Positions 41,135-50,993 of a stretch of DNA of 64,000 nt are shown here, one piece after another. A model generated the notes under the pieces. That model had not been told where the DNA came from. It ran no database searches and saw only the letters and a program-made list of their open reading frames with translations. The stretch comes from Longimicrobiales bacterium (GTDB lineage: Bacteria > Gemmatimonadota > Gemmatimonadetes > Longimicrobiales > Gaopeijiaceae), in NCBI GenBank assembly GCA_965219445.1, contig CBDCNQ010000004.1:960001-1024000 (forward strand). Reading direction: 5' to 3'. The stretch's first letter is position 1. Each line of letters opens with the position of its first letter. The position numbers and the translations under genes were made by a program.

Positions 41135-42094
41135 TCAGTACGTTCGGGCCACGACGACGCCGAAGAGAGTGCCGGCGACCACACCGCCTACAGCCTGCAA
41201 CCATGCGCTCGACTCGGGCAGCGATCGCTCGCCATGGTGGAAAAGTGGAAGCGTCACTCCCGTCAGAATACCGATGCCGGCACCAACTACCACGTCCGAC
41301 GGGAAGTGCTGGCCAGCCTCCACGCGCAGGGTAGACGTCGCACCCGCTAGGGCCCCACTCAAGAACCCGATGCCGATGCGCTCGAGTGGGCTCGCGTCCG
41401 GCCGTCGCAGCAGGTGCCCGGTAAGCCCCAACGCGGCACCTGTCCACGCCGATGCCGAATGTCCTGAGGGCATCGAGCGGAAAGTCCGGTCGTTGGACAC
41501 ATCGTACGTGAAGTCGGTCGGTCGAGAGTCCACCGGCATATATGCGTAGGGTCGGGGACGCCCGAGCGTCGACTTTGCGAGCCGCGTGATCCCCTGGGAT
41601 ATGAGGAACGTCTCGGCATAGACGAGCATGCTACTGCCGAAGTCGCGCCATCGTGCTCCGGCCTCCGAGGTCGTCGCGGCGAGGACCAGGGGAAGCGCGA
41701 GCAGAGCCTCGAGCGTCCAATCGCTGGCCCGATCTGCGCTCACGCTCCGATTCCCAACGACATCGCGGTCCAAGTTCCATGCGATCTCGATCGGGCTGAA
41801 TCCTTGCAGTGGTACTGCGCGACCCTTGGCTGGTGGCACCAGGGCGTGAGCTGCCAGGAGGCCCGTGCCCACACCCACCAAGGCGATCTCGCGCCCCATC
41901 CGGAGCTCTGGAGCGGTGCGACGTGACCGTACCTCGACCACCTCGACGACGGAGTCGGAGCCCCCCGGGACTTGGCACGGCGCGCGGGTCGGGAAGAGGC
42001 TGGCCACGAACAGCGCTGCCGCAACCGGGGGGGACACGGAGACCTGCAGTCGCAGCCGCTTCGCGTTTCGTCTTCCGTTCGGCGGAACGGGCAC
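41135..42094 (-). CDS. PAP2-family phosphatase
   Basis: KxxxxRPRP, PSGH and RVEAGQHFPSD motifs. Confidence 0.88.
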   Translation of the reverse strand: MPVPPNGRRNAKRLRLQVSVSPPVAAALFVASLFPTRAPCQVPGGSDSVVEVVEVRSRRTAPELRMGREIALVGVGTGLLAAHALVPPAKGRAVPLQGFSPIEIAWNLDRDVVGNRSVSADRASDWTLEALLALPLVLAATTSEAGARWRDFGSSMLVYAETFLISQGITRLAKSTLGRPRPYAYMPVDSRPTDFTYDVSNDRTFRSMPSGHSASAWTGAALGLTGHLLRRPDASPLERIGIGFLSGALAGATSTLRVEAGQHFPSDVVVGAGIGILTGVTLPLFHHGERSLPESSAWLQAVGGVVAGTLFGVVVARTY

Positions 42095-42122
42095 GCTTAC
42101 CTCCGTGGTGGTTCTGGCCGCT

Positions 42123-42824
42123 CTACCTCAAGTCCTGGAACGCGATCCGGTACCGGTCGGCGACGACCGACCCCGCGAGGGTCACGACCTCACCGGACTC
42201 GAGGCGAAATACCGATGTCGCTCCCACCAGCACGTCGACCAGCTCCGCATCCCAGGGGATCGTGATCCGATAATCCGATCCCTCAGCCCCCTCGACGACG
42301 AGTCGCTCGGGCCGAGAGTCGAATGTCGCCGGACCATTGACGGCCTCCACCGTCACGTAGGACGCTTCGTCCAGGAACACGTCGATCGTTCCCGTATCCT
42401 GCGGGCGGAGCTCGATCTCCAGTCGGTCACCGAGGGGCACGACGACGCCAGCCACGTCCCGGGACTCCGAAGAACCCCTCGGGGCGGGGACGTCGACGGT
42501 ACCCGTGAGCCCGCCGATCCACCGCTGGATCGGCGACCCCGGCGCAGCGTAGGCCGTTCCCGCTGCGACCGCCATCAGGAGGACGCCTGCGGCCCAACGT
42601 AAATAGCTGGGCATCTGCCGTTGCTCGGCTCGCACGATCAGGTCGTGAACGCTCACGTCCGGCGCGGGCTCGTCCAAGTGATTCAGCAGCTCCGCGATCT
42701 CGCGATCCTGGAACAGCCCACGACACTCAGCGCACGTCACCAGGTGCTCCTCGGCCGTGATCCGGGCCTCGAGCTCGAGGTCGCCGGTCAACATGCTCTC
42801 AAGAGTGCTTTGATCAAGGTGCAT
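42123..42824 (-). CDS. Zinc-finger (HxxxCxxC) transmembrane anti-sigma factor
   Basis: HLVTCAEC motif, one TM helix and an extracytoplasmic domain; overlaps the end of the sigma gene. Confidence 0.82.
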   Translation of the reverse strand: MHLDQSTLESMLTGDLELEARITAEEHLVTCAECRGLFQDREIAELLNHLDEPAPDVSVHDLIVRAEQRQMPSYLRWAAGVLLMAVAAGTAYAAPGSPIQRWIGGLTGTVDVPAPRGSSESRDVAGVVVPLGDRLEIELRPQDTGTIDVFLDEASYVTVEAVNGPATFDSRPERLVVEGAEGSDYRITIPWDAELVDVLVGATSVFRLESGEVVTLAGSVVADRYRIAFQDLR

Positions 42825-43407
42825 GCTGTGTCTCCTCGTACGCGCTCCGAAACGCGGCCTTGGCGCGGCGCAGGAGCGTGCCGACGCTCGCCTCCCTGAG
42901 TCGCAGAATTTTCGACATCTCGCGATAGCTGTGTCCCTCGGTGGCGAGTAGGAGCAGGCTCCTCTCCCGGGCACCGAGCCTGTGCAACGCGACTCTGACC
43001 CGCTGCTTGGCTTCCTCCGCCTCGCTGTGTTCGTCCGGGGTCTGCGCGGGATCAGAGTGGGACAAGAGGGCTCGTTGGGCCGTCAACAGGCGAGCACGAT
43101 TCGTGCGTTTCGTCTTTGCGTTGCGGAAGAGATTGGTCGCCACCGTGAAGAGCCATGCAGCCGGGTCGGCTGGAGGTGACCGGCGCCGATACAGTCTCAC
43201 GAACGCCTCCTGTGCTAGCTCTGATGCGAGATCAGAGTCTCCAGACAGTCGATTCAGATACCGATGCAGTGGCTCGAAGGACTCTCGGAAGACGACGACG
43301 AATTCGTCCCGTCTCGCTTGGGAGCGTACGGGTCGGGCGTCCCCCGGAGCCTTGGCTCGTTTCTCACCGAATGGCAGTGCAGTAGTCAGCTCGCTCACGT
43401 CATCCAA
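42814..43407 (-). CDS. ECF RNA polymerase sigma factor
   Basis: LAQEAFVRL, WLFTVATN and SYREMSKIL...SVGTLLRRA motifs (regions 2 and 4). Confidence 0.9.
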   Translation of the reverse strand: MDDVSELTTALPFGEKRAKAPGDARPVRSQARRDEFVVVFRESFEPLHRYLNRLSGDSDLASELAQEAFVRLYRRRSPPADPAAWLFTVATNLFRNAKTKRTNRARLLTAQRALLSHSDPAQTPDEHSEAEEAKQRVRVALHRLGARERSLLLLATEGHSYREMSKILRLREASVGTLLRRAKAAFRSAYEETQHAP

Positions 43408-43428
43408 AGGAAGTCGGCCCCACGACTG

Positions 43429-43457
43429 AGGAGCAGGTCAGAAGACGATTCTGTGAC
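43429..43457 (-). promoter_or_regulatory. Putative ECF autoregulatory promoter
   Basis: GTCACA-N10-CTGACCTGCTCCT; identical blocks occur at 45835(+). Confidence 0.75.
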
Positions 43458-43479
43458 ACCAAGTCGGCCGCGGCTCTGC

Positions 43480-45714
43480 CTAGAACGCCAGTTCGACCCC
43501 GACAACGAGCGGAGAAAGGCTCAACATATCGATCGGAGAAACGGAGCCCGTCAGCGGGTCGATCGCGAAGTTCAGCGTGTTCCTCCGATTCAGTACGTTG
43601 ACGAGCGTGCCGTGCAACGCGAGCATCGCGTCGCGACCTCCGAGGCCCAAGTGCCAGTGTTTCCGTAGGCCGAGGTCCGTGCGTATGTAAGGACCCGGGC
43701 GGGTCTCACCAAGCCCTTCTCCATGCAGCGCGGCCCCGGCGAGCTCGCAGCCGTTGTCGGCGAGATTGCAGGCCTCCCACTCGACGGACCCGACGATCGC
43801 GGTCGCCCTGCGCCCCCAGGCTCCGGCGCTCGCCAGACGTAACGACGTTGTGGGCGAGGGGTGAAAGACCATACCCAGCTGGACTCGGTGGGTCGGAGCA
43901 TACCAGGGGACGTAGGTACGCTCGGGTGCTCGGTTCCGCACTTTCTGGAAGCCGTAGTCGGCCATGACACCGACGCGTGAGCCACTCACCGCGACGTCGA
44001 CAGACAGCCCCTGAACGGACGCGGACCCGATTTCGAGCGGGCCGCTCGAGAATAGGGAGCCCGTCCCGGCCGCGATGAACGCGACTGAGCCCAGCCTCCG
44101 CGCGTAGGCTCGGCCCCCGACACTCAGGCCCGGCAGTGGCCGGTATACCGCGCGGACGCTCACTTCGTCGGCCCGAGCGATCGGTACGCCCGCGGATCCG
44201 GCCGTGACGAAGAGGTCGGCGGGGAACACAGCGCCGAGCAGCGACTCTTCGTTACGCATCGACTGGACGAATTGGTGGCGTCTGGAAAGGGTAGCCGACA
44301 CGGTGATGAATCTTCCGAGACCTGCCCCTCCTGTGAGAAGGGGGGACGCCGTCACGCCGAGTGACGAGGCGGTCAGGTCGACGTCGGTGCGGAGCCAACC
44401 TCTATGCGCGACCGGGAGCTCGTAGCCGAGAAGAAGCGCTCCCGACGAGAGTGCCCCCTTGGACTCGAAGGGGTCGGAAGACCCGGCCCAGTAATTCGTG
44501 GACCCTCTGGTTAGCCTGGCCCCGACGAGCAACTCCCCCTCTGCCGACGTCGGGCGGGTGAGTGTCGCCATGACGCCGTTCTCGGTCCGGCCACTGCGTG
44601 CGTCGGCCGCATCTCCTACCTCGCTCAGCAGCGCTGCCGAGGCGGCGCTACGGGAGTCCCACGCGCGAACGGCCACCTGTGACGATCCGATACTGCCTTC
44701 CCACGTTGCTCCCAGCGACCGGGTACGCCAATCGAAGCCGTTACGACCGACGAGAAGGGCGTCCGTCGTCGGGTCGGCGACCGCACTCGTGCTGAGCTCG
44801 TTCTCGCTGTCGTACCCGAGGAGGTTGAGCCTTCCACCGAAGAAAGGAAGCTCCACCTTAGCGAGCAGGTCACCCGATTCTCCTCGGATCTTGGCAGGAT
44901 CAGAGGGCGCGGAGATACCGCCAGGGAAGCCGCTCCTCAGGCTGAGCACATAGCCGGCACCGGATGTCAACGGCCCATGCACCGTCATGCGAGCCTGAGT
45001 CGTGCTGACAGCGGCTGTCCCGTGCTGGACGGAACCCGGGGCTCGAGTCGCGCCGACCACCGTGCCAGCCAGGCTGGGAAGCACGCCGCTGGTTGCGCGC
45101 GTCAGATGTACACTCGAAATCGCATCCGCATTCCAGGCGCTGAAGATGCCCCCCGCGTGCACCGGCGTGAGCACCGGAATGCCGTCGATCTCGTACCCAG
45201 TATGGCTGGAAGCGCCGCCCCGCACGTGAAGGCCGGTGGGTGACTCCGGTAGCACGGCCACGTCGCCTCCCTCTAGCACGCGAAACACGTCGGGCTCGGC
45301 GAGAAGGGGATGATTCCGGATCGCAGCGATGCTCACCGACTCGACCGGTTCGCGGACGCGGCTTACGTCCTCTGTGCCGCGAATCGGGAGTCGAGGCTCG
45401 ACGACGAGGCCGTCGAGCTCCACCGGAGCCGGCTGTAGCGCGATGTTGAGCTCGAGTTGCCCGGTACGCGGCACAAGCGCATGGAGCGTACGGGATTCGT
45501 AGCCATGACGTGCGATCGTTACGTGGTGGGGCCCCGGCGGTAGCGCTCCGAATCCGAACCGACCCTGAGCATCGGTCAGAACCGCACGGTCGAGATCGGA
45601 GAGGGTGATCAAGGCACCACCGAGTGGAACGCCGGTGAGCTCACCGCGGATCGTGCCGCCCACACCGGCCTGAGCGACCTGGACGGCGAGCAGCAGCGCT
45701 AGCGGGACGGCCAT
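43480..45714 (-). CDS. TonB-dependent receptor-like outer-membrane protein with N-terminal carboxypeptidase-regulatory-like domain
   Basis: TDAQGRF, LHVRGG...IDGIPV..PVH..GIFSAWN plug, NVLNRRN and a terminal Phe; start uncertain (45714 or upstream). Confidence 0.8.
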   Translation of the reverse strand: MAVPLALLLAVQVAQAGVGGTIRGELTGVPLGGALITLSDLDRAVLTDAQGRFGFGALPPGPHHVTIARHGYESRTLHALVPRTGQLELNIALQPAPVELDGLVVEPRLPIRGTEDVSRVREPVESVSIAAIRNHPLLAEPDVFRVLEGGDVAVLPESPTGLHVRGGASSHTGYEIDGIPVLTPVHAGGIFSAWNADAISSVHLTRATSGVLPSLAGTVVGATRAPGSVQHGTAAVSTTQARMTVHGPLTSGAGYVLSLRSGFPGGISAPSDPAKIRGESGDLLAKVELPFFGGRLNLLGYDSENELSTSAVADPTTDALLVGRNGFDWRTRSLGATWEGSIGSSQVAVRAWDSRSAASAALLSEVGDAADARSGRTENGVMATLTRPTSAEGELLVGARLTRGSTNYWAGSSDPFESKGALSSGALLLGYELPVAHRGWLRTDVDLTASSLGVTASPLLTGGAGLGRFITVSATLSRRHQFVQSMRNEESLLGAVFPADLFVTAGSAGVPIARADEVSVRAVYRPLPGLSVGGRAYARRLGSVAFIAAGTGSLFSSGPLEIGSASVQGLSVDVAVSGSRVGVMADYGFQKVRNRAPERTYVPWYAPTHRVQLGMVFHPSPTTSLRLASAGAWGRRATAIVGSVEWEACNLADNGCELAGAALHGEGLGETRPGPYIRTDLGLRKHWHLGLGGRDAMLALHGTLVNVLNRRNTLNFAIDPLTGSVSPIDMLSLSPLVVGVELAF

Positions 45715-45834
45715 AAGACGACCTCGACCTCGAAGAAACGACGAGCGGCGCAACCACGCCCCCAATCCATGTAGTCCGCTCTCCGGATCGAGGTTCCCAC
45801 GGAGTCTGTGGGCGGCCTCACGTTCGCAAGACAC

Positions 45835-45863
45835 GTCACAAAGTCCGCGACTGACCTGCTCCT
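45835..45863 (+). promoter_or_regulatory. Second copy of the putative ECF promoter
   Basis: GTCACA-aagtccgcga-CTGACCTGCTCCT upstream of a small lipoprotein gene. Confidence 0.75.
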
Positions 45864-45919
45864 GTAAGTGAAGTCACCAGGTCCACGTAAGTATCCATTT
45901 CCAACTTGAGGTGTCTATC

Positions 45920-46249
45920 ATGAGCCGAACACCCACCACCCCGTTCGCCCGCCTCGCCGCGTTGCTGCTCGCCTTCAGCATTTTGGGTTGTAACTCCGCC
46001 ATAGCCGGCAATGAGGACGATGGCGACCAGAATGAGGTCCCGGTCACGGTCCTGGCGATCGGGTCCGATTATCTCGATGCCGACGACGGGATCCGCTACG
46101 AGGTGACCGCCGCCACGCAGTACGAAGGTTTAAGTGGCTTCTCCGACATTTCCGTAGGGAATGCGGTCGAGATCGAGTTCGAGGAGATCGCGAACAGCAA
46201 CAACCGGCGAGCGCTTGAAATCGAGGTCCCCGGGCCCAACGACCGCTGA
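45920..46249 (+). CDS. Small acidic lipoprotein (DUF5666-like)
   Basis: Lipobox ILGC; VTAATQYEG...ISVGNAVEIE...ALEIEV pattern. Confidence 0.65.
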   Translation: MSRTPTTPFARLAALLLAFSILGCNSAIAGNEDDGDQNEVPVTVLAIGSDYLDADDGIRYEVTAATQYEGLSGFSDISVGNAVEIEFEEIANSNNRRALEIEVPGPNDR

Positions 46250-46289
46250 GTCACCCTGAACCCGCTCTTGTGAGCGCGCACGAGAGGGG

Positions 46290-46342
46290 CCGGTGATCGG
46301 AAGCTCCCGGCGTCCGGTGATCGGAAGCTCCTGGCGTCCGGT
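46290..46342 (+). repeat. 24-bp tandem repeat (2 copies plus partial)
   Basis: CCGGTGATCGGAAGCTCC(C/T)GGCGT twice. Confidence 0.85.
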
Positions 46343-47463
46343 CACCGCAGCGCTCTCGCTGGTGCTCCTCGTCTACCCGCCGGCCGCAAATGGACAATCG
46401 GAACCCGATCCTCTGCGCACCGCGGTACACGAACGGGCGGCCAGACCCCCCGCATGGGCGGGTGAGCTGGCAGTCTTGAGCGGCAATGCCGCGCTAGGCG
46501 GGCTCACCGCCGCCCTGATCCAAGAACTGCGGGGCGGCTCATTCTGGGAGGCATTCCTCGACGGCGCGCTCGGCGGTGCCGTCGCCTACGCCGGCAAGCG
46601 CATCGTCGTGGAGCGGTTTTACGGCGCCGGGCTGGTCGGTCGCGAGGTGGCGGCCGTGGGCACTTCGATGGTGCGCAACGCCTCCGACGGCCGGGGGGCG
46701 CTCGAGCAGCTCGTCCTGCCAATCGGCTTAGCCCGGCTGTACCTCTGGGGCGACTCCACTTCCGCACTCCCAATGCACGCGCAGGTAAAGTTCGACGTAC
46801 TCACGTTACTCGCCACCACCTATCTCGGGCTCCGGAAGGACTTCGATTTCGACGTCAGTGCAAGCATCTCGGCAGGTACTCCGGTCTTCTTCACTCGCGA
46901 GCCATGGGCCGAGCGGGGCTGGATCGCGTCCCAAGTCGGCGGGGTGATCTGGCTGCGTAGCAGCCCGCACGCTTCCGACCTGAACGCGGAAGTGCCCGCG
47001 GTCTTCGCCCATGAGCGACGTACTCACGTTACTCGCCACCACCTATCTCGGGCTCCGGAAGGACTTCGATTTCGACGTCAGTGCAAGCATCTCGGCAGGT
47101 ACTCCGGTCTTCTTCACTCGCGAGCCATGGGCCGAGCGGGGCTGGATCGCGTCCCAAGTCGGCGGGGTGATCTGGCTGCGTAGCAGCCCGCACGCTTCCG
47201 ACCTGAACGCGGAAGTGCCCGCGGTCTTCGCCCATGAGCGCGTGCACGTCGCCCAAGACGACTTCAGCTTCCTCACCTGGGGCGATCCCGTAGAGGGTTC
47301 GCTGACCGACCGACTCCCTGGCGGCGCCTGGACCGACCGCCATCTCGACCTGGGACTCCACGTTGGGGGATGGGGCGTGGCGAACTGGCTCCTCGGCTAC
47401 GATCAGCGCCCCTGGGAGCATGAGGCGCGTTTCCTGAGTAGGGTGAGCGCTCAGAGGGAGTGA
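46293..47463 (+). pseudogene. HExxH zincin-like membrane or secreted protein disrupted by a 223-bp tandem duplication
   Basis: Removing one copy gives a ~315-aa ORF containing AHERVHVAQ and PWEHEA. Confidence 0.7.
46793..47240 (+). repeat. 223-bp perfect tandem duplication
   Basis: 46793-47015 is repeated at 47016-47238, with CG microhomology at the junction. Confidence 0.92.
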
Positions 47464-47597
47464 ATCGGATCTAGCCCTTAACGCACTACGTAGTCTCCAC
47501 TCCCCATCTACGTCATTCGACGTATCAAACCACCACCTGTCTGCGCCTAGACTTCTTCCACGGATTGAAAACGGATTCAACTCGAGGGAGAGTCAAC

Positions 47598-48302
47598 ATG
47601 TGGTCGTATCCGAAGGCTCTACGAACAGTCAAAATTTCATCGATCGTCATACTGGGAAGCGTGAACCTCACCGGATGTGCCGCTTCACGAATGATGATCC
47701 GATATGGTGATTTAGATACACAGACCGAAATGAGCGAGTCGGTATTTCTCGAACTCCGCTCCGACCTACCTCAGACGGTCTACGTAGCGGAGGCCTCCAC
47801 GGCGGGTCGCGAACTCACGATCCGGCCGGCTCTCGACCGAGGGCTAACGGCGTCGGGCTACACGCTGGTGGACGATCCGGACGAAGCCACATACATCATT
47901 CAGATCAACCACCTACGTCTAGCCGAAGTTGAACTGAGCGCGGACGAGACCGTGGGTGATGCGATCGGCGCCGCGTGGATGGCGGGGGCGGGGGCGGCCC
48001 TCGCTACCGACATCCTGGGCGCATCTGGAGCGGCCGGCGAAGTTGGACTCGCCGTGGGCGTGTTGGGCTTCTTATTGGATGCCAAGACGAAGCATATCGC
48101 TCATACACTGACCACTGACGTGCTCCTCACGGAGACAATCCCTGGCGATGGAGCGGAAGGGGAGCTCCGGTACCACGAGACCCAAATCGTAAGCGGTGCA
48201 TCCAAGGTCAACCTCGAATTAGAGGAATGCTTGCCCACAATTATCAGCGGGCTGAGTCGCTCTCTAGCCGGCCTGCTGCCGACCAGGGAACGGGTGACGT
48301 AA
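47598..48302 (+). CDS. traT: TraT-like complement-resistance lipoprotein
   Basis: Lipobox LTGC; LDTQTEMSESVFLE and GYTLVDDPDEATYIIQIN motifs, a Gly/Ala-rich hydrophobic hairpin and ASKVNL. Confidence 0.72.
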   Translation: MWSYPKALRTVKISSIVILGSVNLTGCAASRMMIRYGDLDTQTEMSESVFLELRSDLPQTVYVAEASTAGRELTIRPALDRGLTASGYTLVDDPDEATYIIQINHLRLAEVELSADETVGDAIGAAWMAGAGAALATDILGASGAAGEVGLAVGVLGFLLDAKTKHIAHTLTTDVLLTETIPGDGAEGELRYHETQIVSGASKVNLELEECLPTIISGLSRSLAGLLPTRERVT

Positions 48303-48390
48303 GGCTGTTCTTGTCCGGATCATGTTGAGCCCAGGTCGATTCGGGCTTGGTTAATTGGCCGTCCGCTCCAAACCCGATCAGAGCGGTCGA

Positions 48391-50746
48391 CTACGTCGGG
48401 GAATCAGTGGGAGACTCAGCTTCGGCCGTCACGATCGGTCGAGACTGTTCAAGTGTGGCCGCACGTACGCGCTGGGGGCTCCAGCGTCGTCGGGCGCTTT
48501 CGGGAATCGCATGAGCGGCGCCGCGTATCACACCATCTCTATGGAGTGCGGAGAAGCATTCGACCAGCTCGGGTTCCAGGGCGCCGCCCGACTCCGACTG
48601 CACGAACTCCAGCGCCCACTCCTCAGGCTTGGCTTTTCGGTAGGCGCGCTCGGCGGTGAGAGCGTCGAAGATGTCGACCACAGCGACTATCCGCGCGCCG
48701 ACGGGGATCTGCTCGCCTTTCAACCCATCTGGATAGCCATTTCCGTCCCAGCGCTCGTGATGATGCAGGACGCACATCTTAGCCGTTTCGCTGATGGGCG
48801 CCTCTTTGAGGATTCGGTATCCGAGGACCGTGTGCTGCTTCATGATCTCGAACTCTTTACAGGTCAGCTTGCGGGGCTTGAGAAATACGGAGTCGGGGAC
48901 GCCGACCTTACCGATGTCGTGAAGACTCGCGCCCATCCAGAGATCCTCGAGGAAGTCGTCCTCACGGCCGAGCTCGACGGCAAGTGCGCATGAATAGGTG
49001 GCCAGACGTTGGCAGTGCGTCTCCGTGCCCTGATCCCGCGCCTCGACCGCTGTGCTGATACTTGTCAGGATCCCCAGATAGGCTTCCTCCAAGCTGCGTG
49101 TGAGCGCCCGGTTGTGGAAGCCCAGATGGAGACCCGAGGCAACGGAGAGTAGGGTGTGCGTGTCCAGCGGGCCGAGGCTGCGGCTCCCGTGCACGTAGAG
49201 CACCCGGCGCCGCTCATCCTGGTCGACGACAATCGGCACGAAGGCCTCACTTCCCCCTGGCCCGACCACAGCTTCGCCGTTGTTCTTCGCCACGACTCGT
49301 CGAAGCTCGCTCCAGTCCTGTGGCGGAGCACCGATCCCGCCCACAACCTCCCAGAACTCACCGCCCTCCTGGAGGAGCAGCACCGAGCTGGCGTCCAGCG
49401 CACCACCCAGAGTCTCGAGCAGTGGCGTAAGGGTCTCAGCGAGTCGAGGCTCGTCGAACCGGACGTCCCGGAGTCTGGCGATTGCCTGGATGCTTCGGTC
49501 ACGGGCGAGGACGTCTACTCCGGAGACGTGAAGCCGATAGCCCATCGTCATTGGGAATATAAGCCCCCAGGCGAAGGCGGGGCCCGCAACGCCGAAGACC
49601 ATCCCGGCGGCAAACGGTAGCCAGAACAAAAGCAGCAAGCCCCCCCAACCCATCGCCCAGATCAGGAATCCTGTTCCGGGAGACCGCCTGAGGAACACAG
49701 TGGCGCCGGCGAGTGCGAGGACCCAGACCAGCAAGATCTCCAGAACCGTCGGTACGTCGCGTCGGATTCGTCCGTTGAGCAGCGTGGCAAGGTCGCTGGC
49801 GTCCACGAAGAAGCGGGGGATCGAGGCATGCATCGGAGTGGTGACCGTCTCGACTCCCGGACCGTTGGGGCCCACCAGCACGATGGCGTTCTCGAATAAC
49901 GGGCTGGCCCGGGCAGGCAGTTCGCTGCCGCGCATCAGGTTCTGCAGGGAGAAGGGCGGACGGGCGCGTCGATGGTCAATGTAAGACCCGCGCCCCACCT
50001 CGATTCGGTGCTCGCCAAGTTCGAGCACCCCACTCGCGAGTCGGACTTGATCAAAAGGCACGTCCAAGTGCACCCGGAGGGCTTCCACTGCGAGCGACCA
50101 GTAGGGTAGGCCTAGAACGTGTGACTGGGGCTGAGCGCGCCGGACGACGGAGTCAGGATCGAACATTGCCGAACGGACGCCCACTGCGGTCGCCGACTCA
50201 GTGAAGAGGGGCGGTGGAAGCAGGGCCTCCTGCACGGGGAAACGCCGTCGCCCCATTGCCTGACGGCTGGACCCACTTCACGTCGGCGGCCAACACGATG
50301 TCCTTATGCGCCGCCAGCAAACTGGCGAAAGCGGAATCCGCTGCCGGGTCACCGGTGTTCTCCGGCAGCATGACATCGAGCACGATCACTGACGCTCCGG
50401 CATCGCGGGCCCGCTGGATGAACTTCTGCAGCATCCCCCGCGGCACACCCCACTCGCTGGCTCCATCCGCTCCAGCTGACCCGCCTGTTCCTACGACCAG
50501 CAGGTTGTCGGGCAGCTCGCGCTCAAGGGCTCGTTGCCGGACGTCGAATGCCCAGCGGTCCAAACCGGCAGTCCACGCGGTGACCGGGAGGCGGTCGCCA
50601 CCCAGGATGGCAAGGGTCAGCACCGCAGCCAGGCCTCCCCCAGCGCTCACGGCGAAAAAACTGGATTTTCGGCGCACAGTGAGCCGCGACACGGCGGCGA
50701 GCAGCTTTTCGAGTAAACGACGCACGGCGTTCCTCAGCCTATACAT
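48391..50746 (-). CDS. CHASE2-TM-(GAF-like)-HD-GYP cyclic-dinucleotide phosphodiesterase; +1 frameshift at 50236-50239
   Basis: CHASE2 motifs (GASVIVLDV, DSAFA, DPDSVVRR), TM helices, HDIGK, HHERWDGNGYP and DIFDALT.ERAYR. Confidence 0.87.
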
Positions 50747-50993
50747 GACGTACGATCCCGGCCGCTGCGAACGGTAACTTCCGCGCGCAGGCTGGTTTAC
50801 GGGCAGGGACTACATTCTGAGGCAGGGAATATTTAACGTTGCTGCCTCGGCCGCTGAGATGCAATGATTACGGTCGAAAGGCTCGACGCGGCAGGCCGGA
50901 GGCGGCTCGAGCCGCTCGATGGCGTAGCGGCTCGGAGACCTTCATGCGTGAAGCGAGGTCAAGGCTTCCGTCGGCATGACCCCGAAAAGAGCT

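Noticed and set aside
46290..46342. 24-bp repeats as a mini CRISPR
   Set aside because: The copies are directly adjacent with no spacers, no cas genes are present, and the repeats are in frame within a gene start.
50860..50935. GAAAGG...GACGC stretch resembling a second GEMM aptamer
   Set aside because: It has no GCAAA-P2 register, no P3 receptor and no P1, and it lies antisense to both flanking genes. Only a simple hairpin (GAGCCGCT/AGCGGCTC) is supported.
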